Assembly: GCA_030867685.1 (NCBI GenBank)
Contig: JAQOWU010000007.1
Span: forward strand, 930,001 to 994,000
DNA: 64,000 nucleotides
Source of the DNA: Wickerhamiella versatilis
Lineage: Eukaryota
Reading direction: 5' to 3'
A program made the position numbers and the translations under genes. Shown piece after piece: positions 39,594 through 50,472 of the stretch. The notes beneath the pieces are model-generated. The model searched no databases and was not told the origin of the DNA. It saw only the letters and a list, made by a program, of their open reading frames with translations. Each line of letters begins with the position of its first letter. Position 1 is the first letter of the stretch.

Positions 39594-41885
39594 TTAGTTG
39601 ACTCGTGCTCGCTCGCGCTCTGTTCTAAGCTTAAGCACCCGCTGTTTTAGCTCATTAGTCTGTGCTATAACACGCTGCCAGTCATCAGATGTATGATTAC
39701 TGGAGGTATCGGGCTCTTCATGCCTCGTAATAGGGACAATTTGCTGTCGCGGCCCCGTGAATTTACGCTGCAGTGACATCTTGGTAAGTTTCTGTGACAT
39801 CTGCTCAGCGTCAGCAATCGGTCTCTGCCGCAACGCTGTCAATTCATCACGGGAAATCATAAGTTGTAGTTTCAGGTCACTGATTTCTCGTTGTTGTTCA
39901 CTAACCTTGGCCTCTGCTGTCTTCAATCTTTCCAGGATATCTTGGGGTATAACTGGTGCAGAGGACGGCGGTGGCATTGTGTCACTACGCAAGCGATCAT
40001 GAGGCCGTGCTGGCGACACAAGACGCCTTCTTCCGGTGGGCGGCGGCTGGCGGGCAGGCGTGAATTCGGCGCTCTGTAAGGTGCGCTTGTTTGGGCCCAT
40101 CTTAGGTGTGGAGCTATAGCGTGGAGCTGGGGAGCCGATTGCTCGCGGGCTTGATAACTCACTCTTCATTGTACCTGGACGTAGAGGGCTCTGTACCAGC
40201 CTGTCGTGGTCGGAGCTAGGAGGTTGGGGGGCAGACATTCTTGGCGGAGGTTTTGTAGGTTCCTTGAACACCGGGGGCTTTGTCCGCGTACTATTTGCAG
40301 GGGGCTGAGGCGGACGAATAGAGGGCGGCTTGGCTGCCTTTGGAGCTGGTCCTTTGTTAGGCACCTGCTTCGCAGTTTGATTATTATCCGTCACCTTCAC
40401 AACTGCCTGCGCTGCAGACTCATCAACCCGAGCTCTACGGCCATCATCCAGTTTTGCTAAGATATCTTTGATTGCTAGAGGTCCACACTTCTTAAGCAGT
40501 CCCCCCAAAACCGCAGCACCAGCCTTCCTTATGGGTTCCTGGGGATCTCCAAGGAGTTTCGCCCCAACGTTGCCAATATTCACCACAATTCCACGTGGAA
40601 AAGTATCCGTCGTTATGCATATGAGATGGGCAAGATAGAGAGCTGACTCCAACTTTATAGCGGGTATTCGATGCGAAGTACCTGCCAGGACAGGGTCCAC
40701 TATAAGGTCAAGCGAACTCCAGCGTAGTAACGTATCCAAACAATTCTTGATGCTTTCAACAAAAGTTGGCTTCTTCTCCTTGAAGCGCTCAACAAGCGGC
40801 TGGACTAAATGTGGGACATACTTGCGAAAGTCTTGCCGAAGACCACTTGCAAGTGACTGAACGCCCTGTACAGCCAAACCTGCACACATTTGATTAGTAT
40901 CCTTGGATAGAACTCTTTCAAAGACAGAAACAAGCATTGAATAGTCGCCTGCCGCCAACCTTGGCTTGTTTAATAACGGGACAACGGTATCCAGAGCTTC
41001 CTTACGCTCCTTCCACTTCACAGAGGAGACATCTGCATCGAAAGAGGGAGGGATTCTACTAAGAACTTCAGTTTCTGGGGTTAAATCCCAATCATCATCG
41101 TCTGCACCATCCTCCTTTTCTGCCCCTTCCTCGTCTGGCGTCACATTCGCATCGTCCAAGTCTTCTTCTACCTTATTTGCCTGAGCCGACTGTTCCCGTG
41201 TCGCCCTTGTAGGATTTGGAGGCCCTGCGGACTGCCATTGGCGTTCAAGGTCCTTTAGCATGGCAGGCTTCAGTTCACCTAGAGCTGCAGCCAGGGCAGC
41301 TGGCTTGACCCATCTACTCAGTGCTACTGTTAAAGAAGCAGCAGCGGTCCTCACATTTTTGTCAGTATGGGAAAACACTGCAGGCAGTGACTGTATTACC
41401 GGCTTTGGGTTTACGACGGGGGATCCGAACTCGGTGAACACCTGAGTTAGAGAATTAAGCAATTGTACCATCATTTTTGGAGGCAATTTCTTCTTCATCA
41501 GCTCAACCAAATCATTGACAGTTGCTTCAGCATCAGCATTAGCAACGAATGCCATTACTGCCTCGGCTGCCGCTGTTTTCACGCTAGGCTTCACAGCACC
41601 AAGGCCTTTCTCAGAAAGTGGTTGGCATACCGTGGAACGTATACGCTCTGCATCTTGTGCATCGCACTTACTTAGATGCACAGTTACCAGGCGAATTCCT
41701 GTATCTAGTGCCACCACATTCGCATCAGTAGCCGCATCACGTAAATTACTAGGCATAGCAGGAAACCCGTCTAAGATTCCTTTCTCTGCCTGCTCAAGCG
41801 CATCCTTGTAAGCACTCTGGCGTATTTGCCATTTGGCGTGTGACCACCTGGACTCCAGCGGAAGACGAAAGTCCTCGTCGTCCAT
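39594..41885 (-). CDS. STU2: XMAP215/Dis1 microtubule polymerase
   Basis: Two TOG domains (LPLESR..H.KW..R..AY, DANVVAL, FSHTDKNVR, KWKERKEAL), basic linker, coiled coil. Confidence 0.93.
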   Translation of the reverse strand: MDDEDFRLPLESRWSHAKWQIRQSAYKDALEQAEKGILDGFPAMPSNLRDAATDANVVALDTGIRLVTVHLSKCDAQDAERIRSTVCQPLSEKGLGAVKPSVKTAAAEAVMAFVANADAEATVNDLVELMKKKLPPKMMVQLLNSLTQVFTEFGSPVVNPKPVIQSLPAVFSHTDKNVRTAAASLTVALSRWVKPAALAAALGELKPAMLKDLERQWQSAGPPNPTRATREQSAQANKVEEDLDDANVTPDEEGAEKEDGADDDDWDLTPETEVLSRIPPSFDADVSSVKWKERKEALDTVVPLLNKPRLAAGDYSMLVSVFERVLSKDTNQMCAGLAVQGVQSLASGLRQDFRKYVPHLVQPLVERFKEKKPTFVESIKNCLDTLLRWSSLDLIVDPVLAGTSHRIPAIKLESALYLAHLICITTDTFPRGIVVNIGNVGAKLLGDPQEPIRKAGAAVLGGLLKKCGPLAIKDILAKLDDGRRARVDESAAQAVVKVTDNNQTAKQVPNKGPAPKAAKPPSIRPPQPPANSTRTKPPVFKEPTKPPPRMSAPQPPSSDHDRLVQSPLRPGTMKSELSSPRAIGSPAPRYSSTPKMGPNKRTLQSAEFTPARQPPPTGRRRLVSPARPHDRLRSDTMPPPSSAPVIPQDILERLKTAEAKVSEQQREISDLKLQLMISRDELTALRQRPIADAEQMSQKLTKMSLQRKFTGPRQQIVPITRHEEPDTSSNHTSDDWQRVIAQTNELKQRVLKLRTERERARVN

Positions 41886-42259
41886 GTCTATGTTTACGCT
41901 GACAAACCAGGTAAGACTATAGTGACGCGACGAACCTGAGTTTTTTTTATCGTTCCGAGCAGTGGAAATAAATTTTTTTTGGAAAGAGATTTATTTTTTG
42001 GTTTCAATTGTGCTTGCAAATCTTTCCCTATGCGCTTCTTTGCCTCCATATCTTAGACAAAATGAGCTATTATTTTTTGGTGTTAGAGTTGATAGATAGC
42101 ATTAGGACACAGCTCTAAACACACAATAATGGCAAGTTATTTTCCATTTTTCAAACGCGAAGACCCAATATATCACATATTGGGCCCTGGAATCAAACCC
42201 ATTAAGCACTTCGACACTATTTTATAAGACTTTTACTCAAGCAACTATAACTATCTCAC

Positions 42260-42811
42260 TTATGCTTTCTTCAAATCAAAACCCCACGACTCCTCGCCTG
42301 GACGTGTCTCGTAGTACTTGTCTAGAGGCACACCATGGTGCTCGTGGCGCACCAAGTTGAACCAAGGCAAAATGGCCAAGTTAAGCTGAGAATAAGTCGA
42401 GTTTCGCGCAGCGACGCCTCTCAGCCATGGTGGCAGAGAGTTTTCATCTACTTCGTATGGGTCCAGCCCTTTAGCGAGCCGGCTCTTGATCTCAAATCGA
42501 TCCTTGGAGACTTCACGTGCGTTCTCATTAATTCCTTGGAAACGAAGGGTTGAAACTGCGTAGCTATCAAGAAATCCCGCTGTAAGTCCCAAAATAGTTG
42601 CTAGACGGCCCATACGAGGACTCACATGCACACGTTTGCCGCCTGAACTGAAATAGGAAGTGGCTGCGAGGAAAGCTGGGCCACTAATACCAAACAACCC
42701 AATCTTCACATAATCGGACGACCTAAAGTACCCCACCACTCGCTTGAAGTGTGGGTCCTGGTCGATTATCTCGTAGGGGGCGTTGTGCAGGACAACGTTC
42801 GGCGAGCTCAT
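42260..42811 (-). CDS. Fungal complex I accessory subunit NUXM (21 kDa)
   Basis: YEIIDQDPHFKRVVGYFRSSDY, S.LRF.G..ENAREV, AARNS.YSQL...LPWFNLV.H.HHGV...KYY. Confidence 0.9.
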   Translation of the reverse strand: MSSPNVVLHNAPYEIIDQDPHFKRVVGYFRSSDYVKIGLFGISGPAFLAATSYFSSGGKRVHVSPRMGRLATILGLTAGFLDSYAVSTLRFQGINENAREVSKDRFEIKSRLAKGLDPYEVDENSLPPWLRGVAARNSTYSQLNLAILPWFNLVRHEHHGVPLDKYYETRPGEESWGFDLKKA

Positions 42812-43226
42812 TGAGTGGCCGGATCCTATGTGACTAAGCAGATGAACCTGGCACCGAAACCATTGTGGGCGAGCGAAACTATTACAATATGTAGGGGATT
42901 TAGCCGGCCAGTGTAAAGTATTTAGACAAACCTACAGATGTATTTATTACTACTTACATAGTCCAACCCCATTAAATTACCTGGTACTAATATCTTCGTA
43001 ACCATAGTGTACTTTTTGGTTATAACGCTACACTTACAAACTTGTTGCAAATTACGATTGAAAGTCAGAGAAAGGAGAACAGAGCTAGTACCACCGATCT
43101 CCTACTATACTTTCCAGGATCGAGATAACTATGAGAGCACTTAGTAAATACGTGAGGCATTCAAGCGCCAGGCGCTAATTTATGACAACGAGAATTATAT
43201 AATTTTAACAACATCGTTGACGAAGT

Positions 43227-43607
43227 TTAGTTAGAGACCTGCTTAGAGCCCTTGGCCTTCTTGGATTCCTTTGCTTTGGCGACAGCCGCGTCACGCTCAG
43301 CCTTGCGGACTTCGGGACGGACGGCACGCTTCTCTTTGAGCTGGTCAAGAGACAGACCAACGATACCACGCTGGCCCTTAACAACCCGACGGTTACGACG
43401 ACGGCTGTTCTCCTCAAGGTGTCCCTTCTTGTGCATACGTCGGTAAAGCACAGTCCAGGCGATACGTCTCGGGTTCTTCCGCTGGTCGAAGAGCGAGTTG
43501 CTCTTTGACGAGAAGAAGCGGAAGATCTTCGAGTCACCACGCACGAACAAACGGCCACGACCCGGGTATATACGGGTGCCGGAGAAGCTGTCCAACTCAA
43601 GCTTCAT
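43227..43607 (-). CDS. RPL24: 60S ribosomal protein eL24
   Basis: MKLELDSFSG..IYPGRG.LFVRGDSKIFRF, KNPRRIAWTVLYRR.HKKG. Confidence 0.96.
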   Translation of the reverse strand: MKLELDSFSGTRIYPGRGRLFVRGDSKIFRFFSSKSNSLFDQRKNPRRIAWTVLYRRMHKKGHLEENSRRRNRRVVKGQRGIVGLSLDQLKEKRAVRPEVRKAERDAAVAKAKESKKAKGSKQVSN

Positions 43608-43639
43608 TGCTTCAACAACTACCTAATCCACGACAGGCT

Positions 43640-43895
43640 ACGTAGGGAGGGTAGAGTCGGGAGAGAGCACGGCCCTAAGCCCTACTTAGTCACAAAATTA
43701 CATACTAATGTGCCACTCTCCTCTTTCCGATTAAGGAAGATATAATTATGAGTTCCACTATTTTTTTCACGTGGTGAAGTAAAGAATATTTGGAGGCTAA
43801 CGAGAGATAATTGTAATAGTAGCCTCGATTCCCCTAGAACTTTTTAGCTCATTCTAAAGTCAGACACCGAATTACTAAGATAGGGTATAGGGCTT
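43640..43895. promoter_or_regulatory. Bidirectional ribosomal-protein promoter with Tbf1-like, Homol-D-like and Cbf1 motifs
   Basis: GCCCTAAGCCCTA (about 43672), TAGTCACA (43687), CACGTG (43768), TAGGGTATAGGG (43881). Confidence 0.5.
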
Positions 43896-43949
43896 CGTGG
43901 CTGGCACGCTCACTTCTGTTAGTACCTCGTCAAGTCGAACAGTCGTTAC

Positions 43950-43976
43950 GCCGGAGCAGAACCCTGTCGAGATGGC
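43950..43976 (+). promoter_or_regulatory. L30-binding kink-turn autoregulatory RNA element spanning the RPL30 AUG
   Basis: GCCG-GA-GCAG(AACC)CUGU-CGAGA-UGGC mirrors S. cerevisiae GACCG-GA-GUG...CGC-AGAGA-UGGUC. Confidence 0.8.
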
Positions 43977-44295
43977 CCCTAAGTCGAAGAAGTCTGGAGA
44001 TACTATCAACTCAAAGCTTGGTCTCGTTGTTAGGTCAGGTAAATACACCTTGGGCTACAAGAGCACCCTTAAGGCCTTGCGTCGTGGTCAGGCCAAGCTG
44101 ATCATTGTCGCTTCCAACACTCCACCTCTCCGCAAGTCTGAGATCGAGTACTACTCGATGCTTTCCAAGACTCATGTTCACCACTTCAATGCTGGCAACA
44201 ACGAGCTTGGTACTGCCTGTGGTAAGCTGTTCCGTGTCGGTGTCGTCACTATTCTGGACGCTGGTGACTCGGACATCTTGTCTACCGTGGAGTAA
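43972..44295 (+). CDS. RPL30: 60S ribosomal protein eL30, intronless
   Basis: [51 protein letters not shown]. Confidence 0.97.
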   Translation: MAPKSKKSGDTINSKLGLVVRSGKYTLGYKSTLKALRRGQAKLIIVASNTPPLRKSEIEYYSMLSKTHVHHFNAGNNELGTACGKLFRVGVVTILDAGDSDILSTVE

Positions 44296-45181
44296 ATCTT
44301 GTAGCATTAATGTTGATTGGCAAGAACTCGGATTATGTCCGTATCCAATGGTTTTAATGTTTTGCAAGTGATTTAAAAAAGCAGGCATGACTTAAGACTG
44401 TCTTGCATTTTCAAACCAGTGTAATTTTTTAGGTTTTTCTATAGTTATCCTAAAAGTCCAAGATTTATCAGGCAATTTGTCCTTATGTAATGCTCTCTGT
44501 GTGTTTGTAGACGAGAATTAAGAACGACATTTGGTATTTCATGATGCTTAGTGTAACTCATAATTCACGCCTACGTATATTCTGATAAATGTCGCAGTTC
44601 CAGTTAGCCTTCTGGGAGACGAAGATATTGAGATTTTCTCTCGGAGTTTTTACCTCCTGGCTGTCGATTGTGTTTGGATCACTCAATTGGCATTGATAGA
44701 AGTGCTAGGGCTACTGGGTTTCTTAGACCAATATGTTATGACTTTGTCTTATGCAATGAAAGAGGCAAGTGTTTTGGCTCAGTTCAGTTATGCTATGGGA
44801 TATATCATTGGGTAAGGTTGTATAAACCTTTGACAAGTCCCCTTGTTTTGATTTGCAATACAAAAACAGAAGTCTTGAGTGACAAAGAGGAGATATTTGA
44901 GTATTCAAAACTCTAACCAGGTACGTGGTGTATGTATGACGTTTACCTTACATTCGTATATCTGTGCACTGCTTGGCTAGTAGAGCAACTAGCAGTTCAT
45001 GTATTAATTGCCATGGAATGTCACTTTTAGAAGCAGATTCTCCATTGTAAGTGGGTAAGCATGCTTTCCAACCTTAGGCTATAACTATCCTGAAATCCAA
45101 AAATTATCTATGTGTTAGCAATATTAATTATTGAATTAATTATTAGAAAGATTATTATGAGCCTGGAAGTTATCAGGCAAT

Positions 45182-45457
45182 TCACATAAGTCCACCAGAT
45201 CGAACAGGAGCAATTCCGGTGTTATTGCCGGCACCGAGAGAAGCACCAACACCAGTTGCCTGGTTATTGGGGGTCACTGTCTTACCAGTCTGGTATGGGG
45301 AACGAGCAGGCTCCATATTAGCACTCGCAATGGCTTTCTTGACGTCGTCTTTGAGCGATTTCACTGACGACTTAGACTTGGATGGTTCCAAATCTTCGGC
45401 AGGCTTGTCTTTCTTGTCCTTGCCTTTGAACGGGTTAAGTTTGCTCAGATCGACCAT
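45182..45457 (-). CDS. Small basic low-complexity protein of unknown function
   Basis: 91-aa ORF with good start context (CAACATGG) and biased codon usage. Confidence 0.6.
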   Translation of the reverse strand: MVDLSKLNPFKGKDKKDKPAEDLEPSKSKSSVKSLKDDVKKAIASANMEPARSPYQTGKTVTPNNQATGVGASLGAGNNTGIAPVRSGGLM

Positions 45458-45779
45458 GTTGCTGTATATGGGGGAAAACTTTTACTCAGCTCAGTCTTTT
45501 AGAGATAACAAAACCCAATACCTTATGACTAACAAACCTTTTTTGTAGATAGTGATAGGAAAAATCCTTTGAAAGTATATTACAATTATCCTTATGTGTA
45601 TATATGACATATATCGGAATTTAGCCGGTAAAATAGCTCATTCAATTTCCCGTTTAATGACGCTTGTAAATTACTGATATTCAGGTCTAAGGTATATTTG
45701 ACTTTTACCAAAATTTCATGGGATCCAAAGCCTTCTAAGGAAAATAAGGTCTTTGCCCCAACCAGAATATTTTCTAAAA

Positions 45780-47531
45780 CTACAATAGAAAGACAATACC
45801 AGGAAGTAGAACGAAAAACAGCTTGCCGTACGACTTAGGCATGCTGGCCAAATTTGCAACATTCAACGACGGCTGTTGTGACGCAACGGGCAGGGAGCTT
45901 GGCGTCTTCGTCGATGAAGGCTGTTGCTCGATTGAAGGAATTGTGCGTGAGCTTGTTACAACCGTGGGGGTTGACTCTATACTAGTTGAGCAGGGAACTA
46001 TACTTGTATAAGTATATGTCCTACCCTCGGTCGTTATAGCTCCCGTTAAGGTTGTAAATGAACTTCTCACAGGGACTGTGGCATTGTGAGGATTCGGCCC
46101 GCATAGTTCGGAATTGACAATTGTTGATGTCAGTATTCCATCAGAATTACTAGTGGTTAATGTAGTTGTTTGCGCACAACCAAATTCATCCGTAGTTGGC
46201 GACGAGTGAATAGTTGGCTTAGTGTAGGCTATGATCTTGGTATCACTGCGCGATGAGGTGATCGCAGGAGTGGCAACAGATGACCGCTTCAAAGCCACTG
46301 GTGATGTCGTTGAGCTAGGGTGATCCTCTGTTTTGGTGGTTGAGGAAAAAGAGCTTGAATGACCATACGGAGATGAGACGATGCTGAAATACTTGGATGA
46401 AGAGAATGAGAGACTAGTACCAGAGGATGATAAGGTACTTAACTTTGGAGAAGAAAGAGATGAGCTTGACTGAGCCGTAACGATAGGGTATGTTGAAGTT
46501 GAGATTTTACTCGAAGAAAGAGAGAAAGAAGAGGAAGCCGATGAATATATCTGGGATGTTGACAACAGGAGAATAGAGCTTGTAGGTGTGCTCGCCGAGC
46601 TGTCGGTTATTGTTCTCCTGCTAAAGTATGAGCTCTCAGAAACCATGAAGCTGCTTGTCGTCGGTAATAGCGAGGAAGTTGTGGAGAATTCTGAACTTGT
46701 TGTAGAAGTATGAGGGCATGAGGCCACAAGTACAGATACCTCTGTGCTACCACCAGCACCTGTAGTAGTGACTGTCATCGTGCCTCCACAGGATATTGAT
46801 GAAGATGTGGGTGAAGATGAAGATGAAGTGAATAGCTGAGATGAAGTAGTTGTGGATGTTGAAGGTATTTCGGAGATTGTGTACGAGGAAGAACTCAGTG
46901 AGGAAGTCTTCGAGGTATGAGGACATGATGCAACAAGTATAGATACCTCTGTACTACCACCGACACCTGTAGTAGTTATTGTCAACGTATTTCCACAAAT
47001 TAGTGAAGGTGTTGAGCTTGTTGTAGATACACTAGTAGGTACACTGGAGCTCGCTGGGGGCAATGTGGTAGATGATTCCCCAGGGTTTGGCGAGGGTGCC
47101 AAGGTTGAAGATTCACTAGAGCTCGTTGTAGATACCAACGATGATGATTGGCTGGAAGAAATGAATGTTGGAGTGGAACTAATTATTGTTGATGAGGCTG
47201 TTGGTCTCGGTGTCGTAGTTGTAGAGCCTTCCACCCACCAGCCCCCTGTAACACTATAACCAGTAGTCACGCTGAAAACGGTAGAGGTTACTGTATATTC
47301 GCTATAAGTTCCTGGATGAGTAGTACCTTGGCGATCCCAACTAAGAGTCGTCGGGCCTGTGATTGTATAAATTGTATCGTGAAAAGTTACTGTCATTGGC
47401 TTATAGTCATACCTTTTGAACAGAGCCTCATCGTATATTTCACCGCCAAGTTCATTGTTGGCAGCTTGGGAAGAGTCGTGGGCTGTAACATAGCTTGTGA
47501 AACCGTAGAGAGCGAAAATAATGGCCCGCAT
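45780..47531 (-). CDS. Ser/Thr-rich GPI cell-wall protein (adhesin/agglutinin-like)
   Basis: Signal peptide MRAIIFALYG, KR site, long S/T tracts, two Cys-bounded repeats CG.T.T.TTTG.GGSTEVS.LVASCPHTS, hydrophobic C-terminus. Confidence 0.85.
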   Translation of the reverse strand: MRAIIFALYGFTSYVTAHDSSQAANNELGGEIYDEALFKRYDYKPMTVTFHDTIYTITGPTTLSWDRQGTTHPGTYSEYTVTSTVFSVTTGYSVTGGWWVEGSTTTTPRPTASSTIISSTPTFISSSQSSSLVSTTSSSESSTLAPSPNPGESSTTLPPASSSVPTSVSTTSSTPSLICGNTLTITTTGVGGSTEVSILVASCPHTSKTSSLSSSSYTISEIPSTSTTTSSQLFTSSSSSPTSSSISCGGTMTVTTTGAGGSTEVSVLVASCPHTSTTSSEFSTTSSLLPTTSSFMVSESSYFSRRTITDSSASTPTSSILLLSTSQIYSSASSSFSLSSSKISTSTYPIVTAQSSSSLSSPKLSTLSSSGTSLSFSSSKYFSIVSSPYGHSSSFSSTTKTEDHPSSTTSPVALKRSSVATPAITSSRSDTKIIAYTKPTIHSSPTTDEFGCAQTTTLTTSNSDGILTSTIVNSELCGPNPHNATVPVRSSFTTLTGAITTEGRTYTYTSIVPCSTSIESTPTVVTSSRTIPSIEQQPSSTKTPSSLPVASQQPSLNVANLASMPKSYGKLFFVLLPGIVFLL

Positions 47532-48356
47532 CTTTCTATCGAAATCTGGTTGTATCTTTTCATAATTTATATCCAGAACGGCTGATTTTCCATGCCCTAA
47601 GATGTGGTACCACTCCAAAAGAAGGTCCACAGATTCATGCATACTGGAATTTACCGAATAAAGACCTTAAAAAATCTGTCATTCCCTAATCGCTACGAGT
47701 ATGGGTCCAATAGTAATAATAAAAAAGTTAAGAACTTAATTAGCCCCAAAATGTCCTATTATTGACGCTTTTATTGCACTATAATGTACATCTTTCTCTA
47801 ACACACAAGAAAGACTACCGCCATTGTACATCCCTGATAGGGGCATTGCTGAATAAAGGATGCTCTAAACATGCAATTTCAATATTCGCACGTGACGACG
47901 CTTATCTCGAGTAACACTTGTGTCAGTGGCCCTCATTCCAATGCCTCAATTTGTTAGGACCTTTGCATTAACATTGCAGATGGTAGTCATCTGGGCACCG
48001 TTGGGAAATAGAGTTTCGAATGGCATGACGCATGGACATTAAGCGAGAGTTCGAAGTGAAAGGAGGTGGAAATGAATGTTGACGTCGGGTATTTTAAGCT
48101 GCGAAGTCGAAAAGCTGCCTGCAATGAAAATTATCTTGAGGGATTGGATACTCTATAATTATGTTGTTTCCAGAGTCACCACTTGAGTATTTCCGGAGAA
48201 AAAATATTTGAGCGAAAGTTGCAAGTAATAATTAAACTTAAAGTTCAGAATTCTGGTGTTTTTTATGGGTTTCAAACTTCAAGGTTTGCCCCTTAACAAA
48301 GCCCGGCAGAATTTATGACTCAGCAGCTGCACTTGTAGCAGACAGCTCTTCCATAT

Positions 48357-49526
48357 ATGACGACAATGACCGTTCGCCGCAGCTTGCGTTACCATAGTAG
48401 TGCTCAGGACTCTCGAACAGTAGAGTTCGAGATTAGCCCCGATTATGAACTTGGTGATGTGATAGGGGAGGGAGCATATGGTGTCGTAGCCAGTGGTATT
48501 CATGTTCCTTCAGGCACTCGTGTTGCTGTTAAAAGAATACATCCTTTTGAGCGAGCTATGTTTTGCCTGAGAACTCTCCGAGAAATCAAGCTTCTACGCC
48601 ATTTTCGTAACGAGAATATCATCTCAATATTGGACATTCAGCGTCCAGGTTCTGTTGATCAAATGAATGACGTATACCTTATCCAAGAACTGATGGATAC
48701 TGATCTATCTAGAGTCATTCGCTCACAGTCTTTGACCGATGACCACTGTCAATATTTCACATACCAGCTCTTACGAGCACTGAAGGCACTGCATTCGGCA
48801 GATGTTCTTCATCGTGACTTGAAGCCTGGAAACCTCTTGATAAATACGAATTGTGATCTCAAACTGTGTGATTTTGGTCTTGCAAGGTCTGCATTTCCCC
48901 AGGCTTCGAGTCAAGACGCCAATGTTGGATTTATGACAGAATATGTCGCTACGAGATGGTACAGAGCACCTGAAATTATGCTTACGTTCCAGCATTACAC
49001 AAAAGCTATCGATATGTGGTCTGTCGGCTGTATTTTGGCAGAAATGTTAGGGGGTGTTCCACTGTTTCCTGGTAAGGACTACCGTGAGCAGCTCAATCTC
49101 ATCCTTGAGGTTGTAGGTACGCCTACTAACGCAGACTACTATAGCATCAAGTCAAAAAGGGCTCGACAGTACTTAATGAGCTTACCGCCTCGCAAACCCC
49201 AAAGTTTCAAAGCATTATATCCCAAAGCGAATCCACTTGCGCTTGACCTTCTTTCCAAACTCCTCACATTCAATCCTGCCCAGAGGCTTACTGTGGAGCA
49301 GGCATTGCAGCATCCTTATATGGCAGCCTATCATGACCCAGCTGATGAACCAGAAGCTGCTCCTCTTCCGCAGAATTTCTTTGACTTCGAAAGCGAAGGG
49401 GAACTGCCATTATCCGAAATGCGCAGACTTGTGTATGAGGAGATTAATAGAGAACCTACGGAACCGCAAAGCTCACCCCAGCCTTCGGTACCACCTCATA
49501 TACAGGTCCCATTAACGCAAGCTTAA
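48357..49526 (+). CDS. Fus3/Kss1-type MAP kinase
   Basis: GEGAYGVV, FCLRTLREIKLL, HRDLKP, activation loop MTEYVATRWYRAPE, TFQHYTKAID. Confidence 0.93.
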   Translation: MTTMTVRRSLRYHSSAQDSRTVEFEISPDYELGDVIGEGAYGVVASGIHVPSGTRVAVKRIHPFERAMFCLRTLREIKLLRHFRNENIISILDIQRPGSVDQMNDVYLIQELMDTDLSRVIRSQSLTDDHCQYFTYQLLRALKALHSADVLHRDLKPGNLLINTNCDLKLCDFGLARSAFPQASSQDANVGFMTEYVATRWYRAPEIMLTFQHYTKAIDMWSVGCILAEMLGGVPLFPGKDYREQLNLILEVVGTPTNADYYSIKSKRARQYLMSLPPRKPQSFKALYPKANPLALDLLSKLLTFNPAQRLTVEQALQHPYMAAYHDPADEPEAAPLPQNFFDFESEGELPLSEMRRLVYEEINREPTEPQSSPQPSVPPHIQVPLTQA

Positions 49527-49695
49527 TTGCATTCCTACATCCAGCATGTCGATTAACTGCACGTAAATTCTTTCAATAAAATAATTTAAGAAACCCTGCA
49601 GCTAAAATAGTACTTATAAAGCATATGAAATTGTGTCATGGAATTATTGGTTTGCGCACCCGTCGTTTCATAGCAGCTCATCAAATTTAAAGAAG

Positions 49696-50472
49696 CTATT
49701 GCTTCCTATCCGCGATAATTTTATCTGCGAGTTTCAGGAATGCATCTTCTATGACAGGATCTCCATTATCCATGCCTCTTGCAATCTCAGGACGCAGAGG
49801 CAACGATTCTAATTTCGAGATACCCAATTTGTCGCTACAATCGTCATCGCCAAAAATTCGACTTCGTGTGTGACAACATGGACAGTCAAAATACGCCATG
49901 TTCTCAACCACACCCAGAACAGGGACATCTACACTACGGAACAAGTCAGCTCCCCGTGCTACATCGATGAGTGCTATATCTTGAGGCGTCGTTACCATTA
50001 CTGCACCACTGATGTGAAGTTGTTGACAAAGTGTCAGCTGCACATCACCAGTGCCAGGTGGCATATCAACTATAAGGTAGTCAAGCATACCCCAGTCCAC
50101 TTCAAATAGCAATTGCTGCAGCGCCTTTTGTATCAACAGCCCGCGCCAAGATAAGGATTTCCCTTTAGGAATCAGGAAACCCATGGACATAGCCTTAACC
50201 CCAAGGTTCTGCAATGGAACCAAGCGACCATCGGAGGTTAGTTTAGGCTCGGCAGCGTTTTCGAGTCCAAGCATCTTTGGAATAGAAGGGCCAAAGAGAT
50301 CAGCATCGAGTATGCCTGTGGCATACCCCTTTTTATACATGGCTAATGCTAACCCCCCTGCTACTGTTGACTTTCCGACACCACCTTTAGCAGAAGAAAC
50401 CAAAATGATCTTGTTCACATTGGGGATATATCTTTTCTGTGGAACCCCAGCACCAGCTCTTCTTCTGAGCCC
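49696..50472 (-). CDS. IND1: Ind1/NUBPL mitochondrial Fe-S carrier for complex I (exon 2)
   Basis: VSSAKGGVGKST, GILDADLFGPSIP, MSMGFL, WRGL, DMPPGTGDVQLT, ENMAYFDCPCC; no ATG before the P-loop, so an upstream exon is required. Confidence 0.9.
   Translation of the reverse strand, partial: GLRRRAGAGVPQKRYIPNVNKIILVSSAKGGVGKSTVAGGLALAMYKKGYATGILDADLFGPSIPKMLGLENAAEPKLTSDGRLVPLQNLGVKAMSMGFLIPKGKSLSWRGLLIQKALQQLLFEVDWGMLDYLIVDMPPGTGDVQLTLCQQLHISGAVMVTTPQDIALIDVARGADLFRSVDVPVLGVVENMAYFDCPCCHTRSRIFGDDDCSDKLGISKLESLPLRPEIARGMDNGDPVIEDAFLKLADKIIADRKQ

Noticed and set aside
44830-44845. ACAAGTCCCC resembling RNase MRP CR-I
   Set aside because: No matching downstream GGGGCT P4 partner
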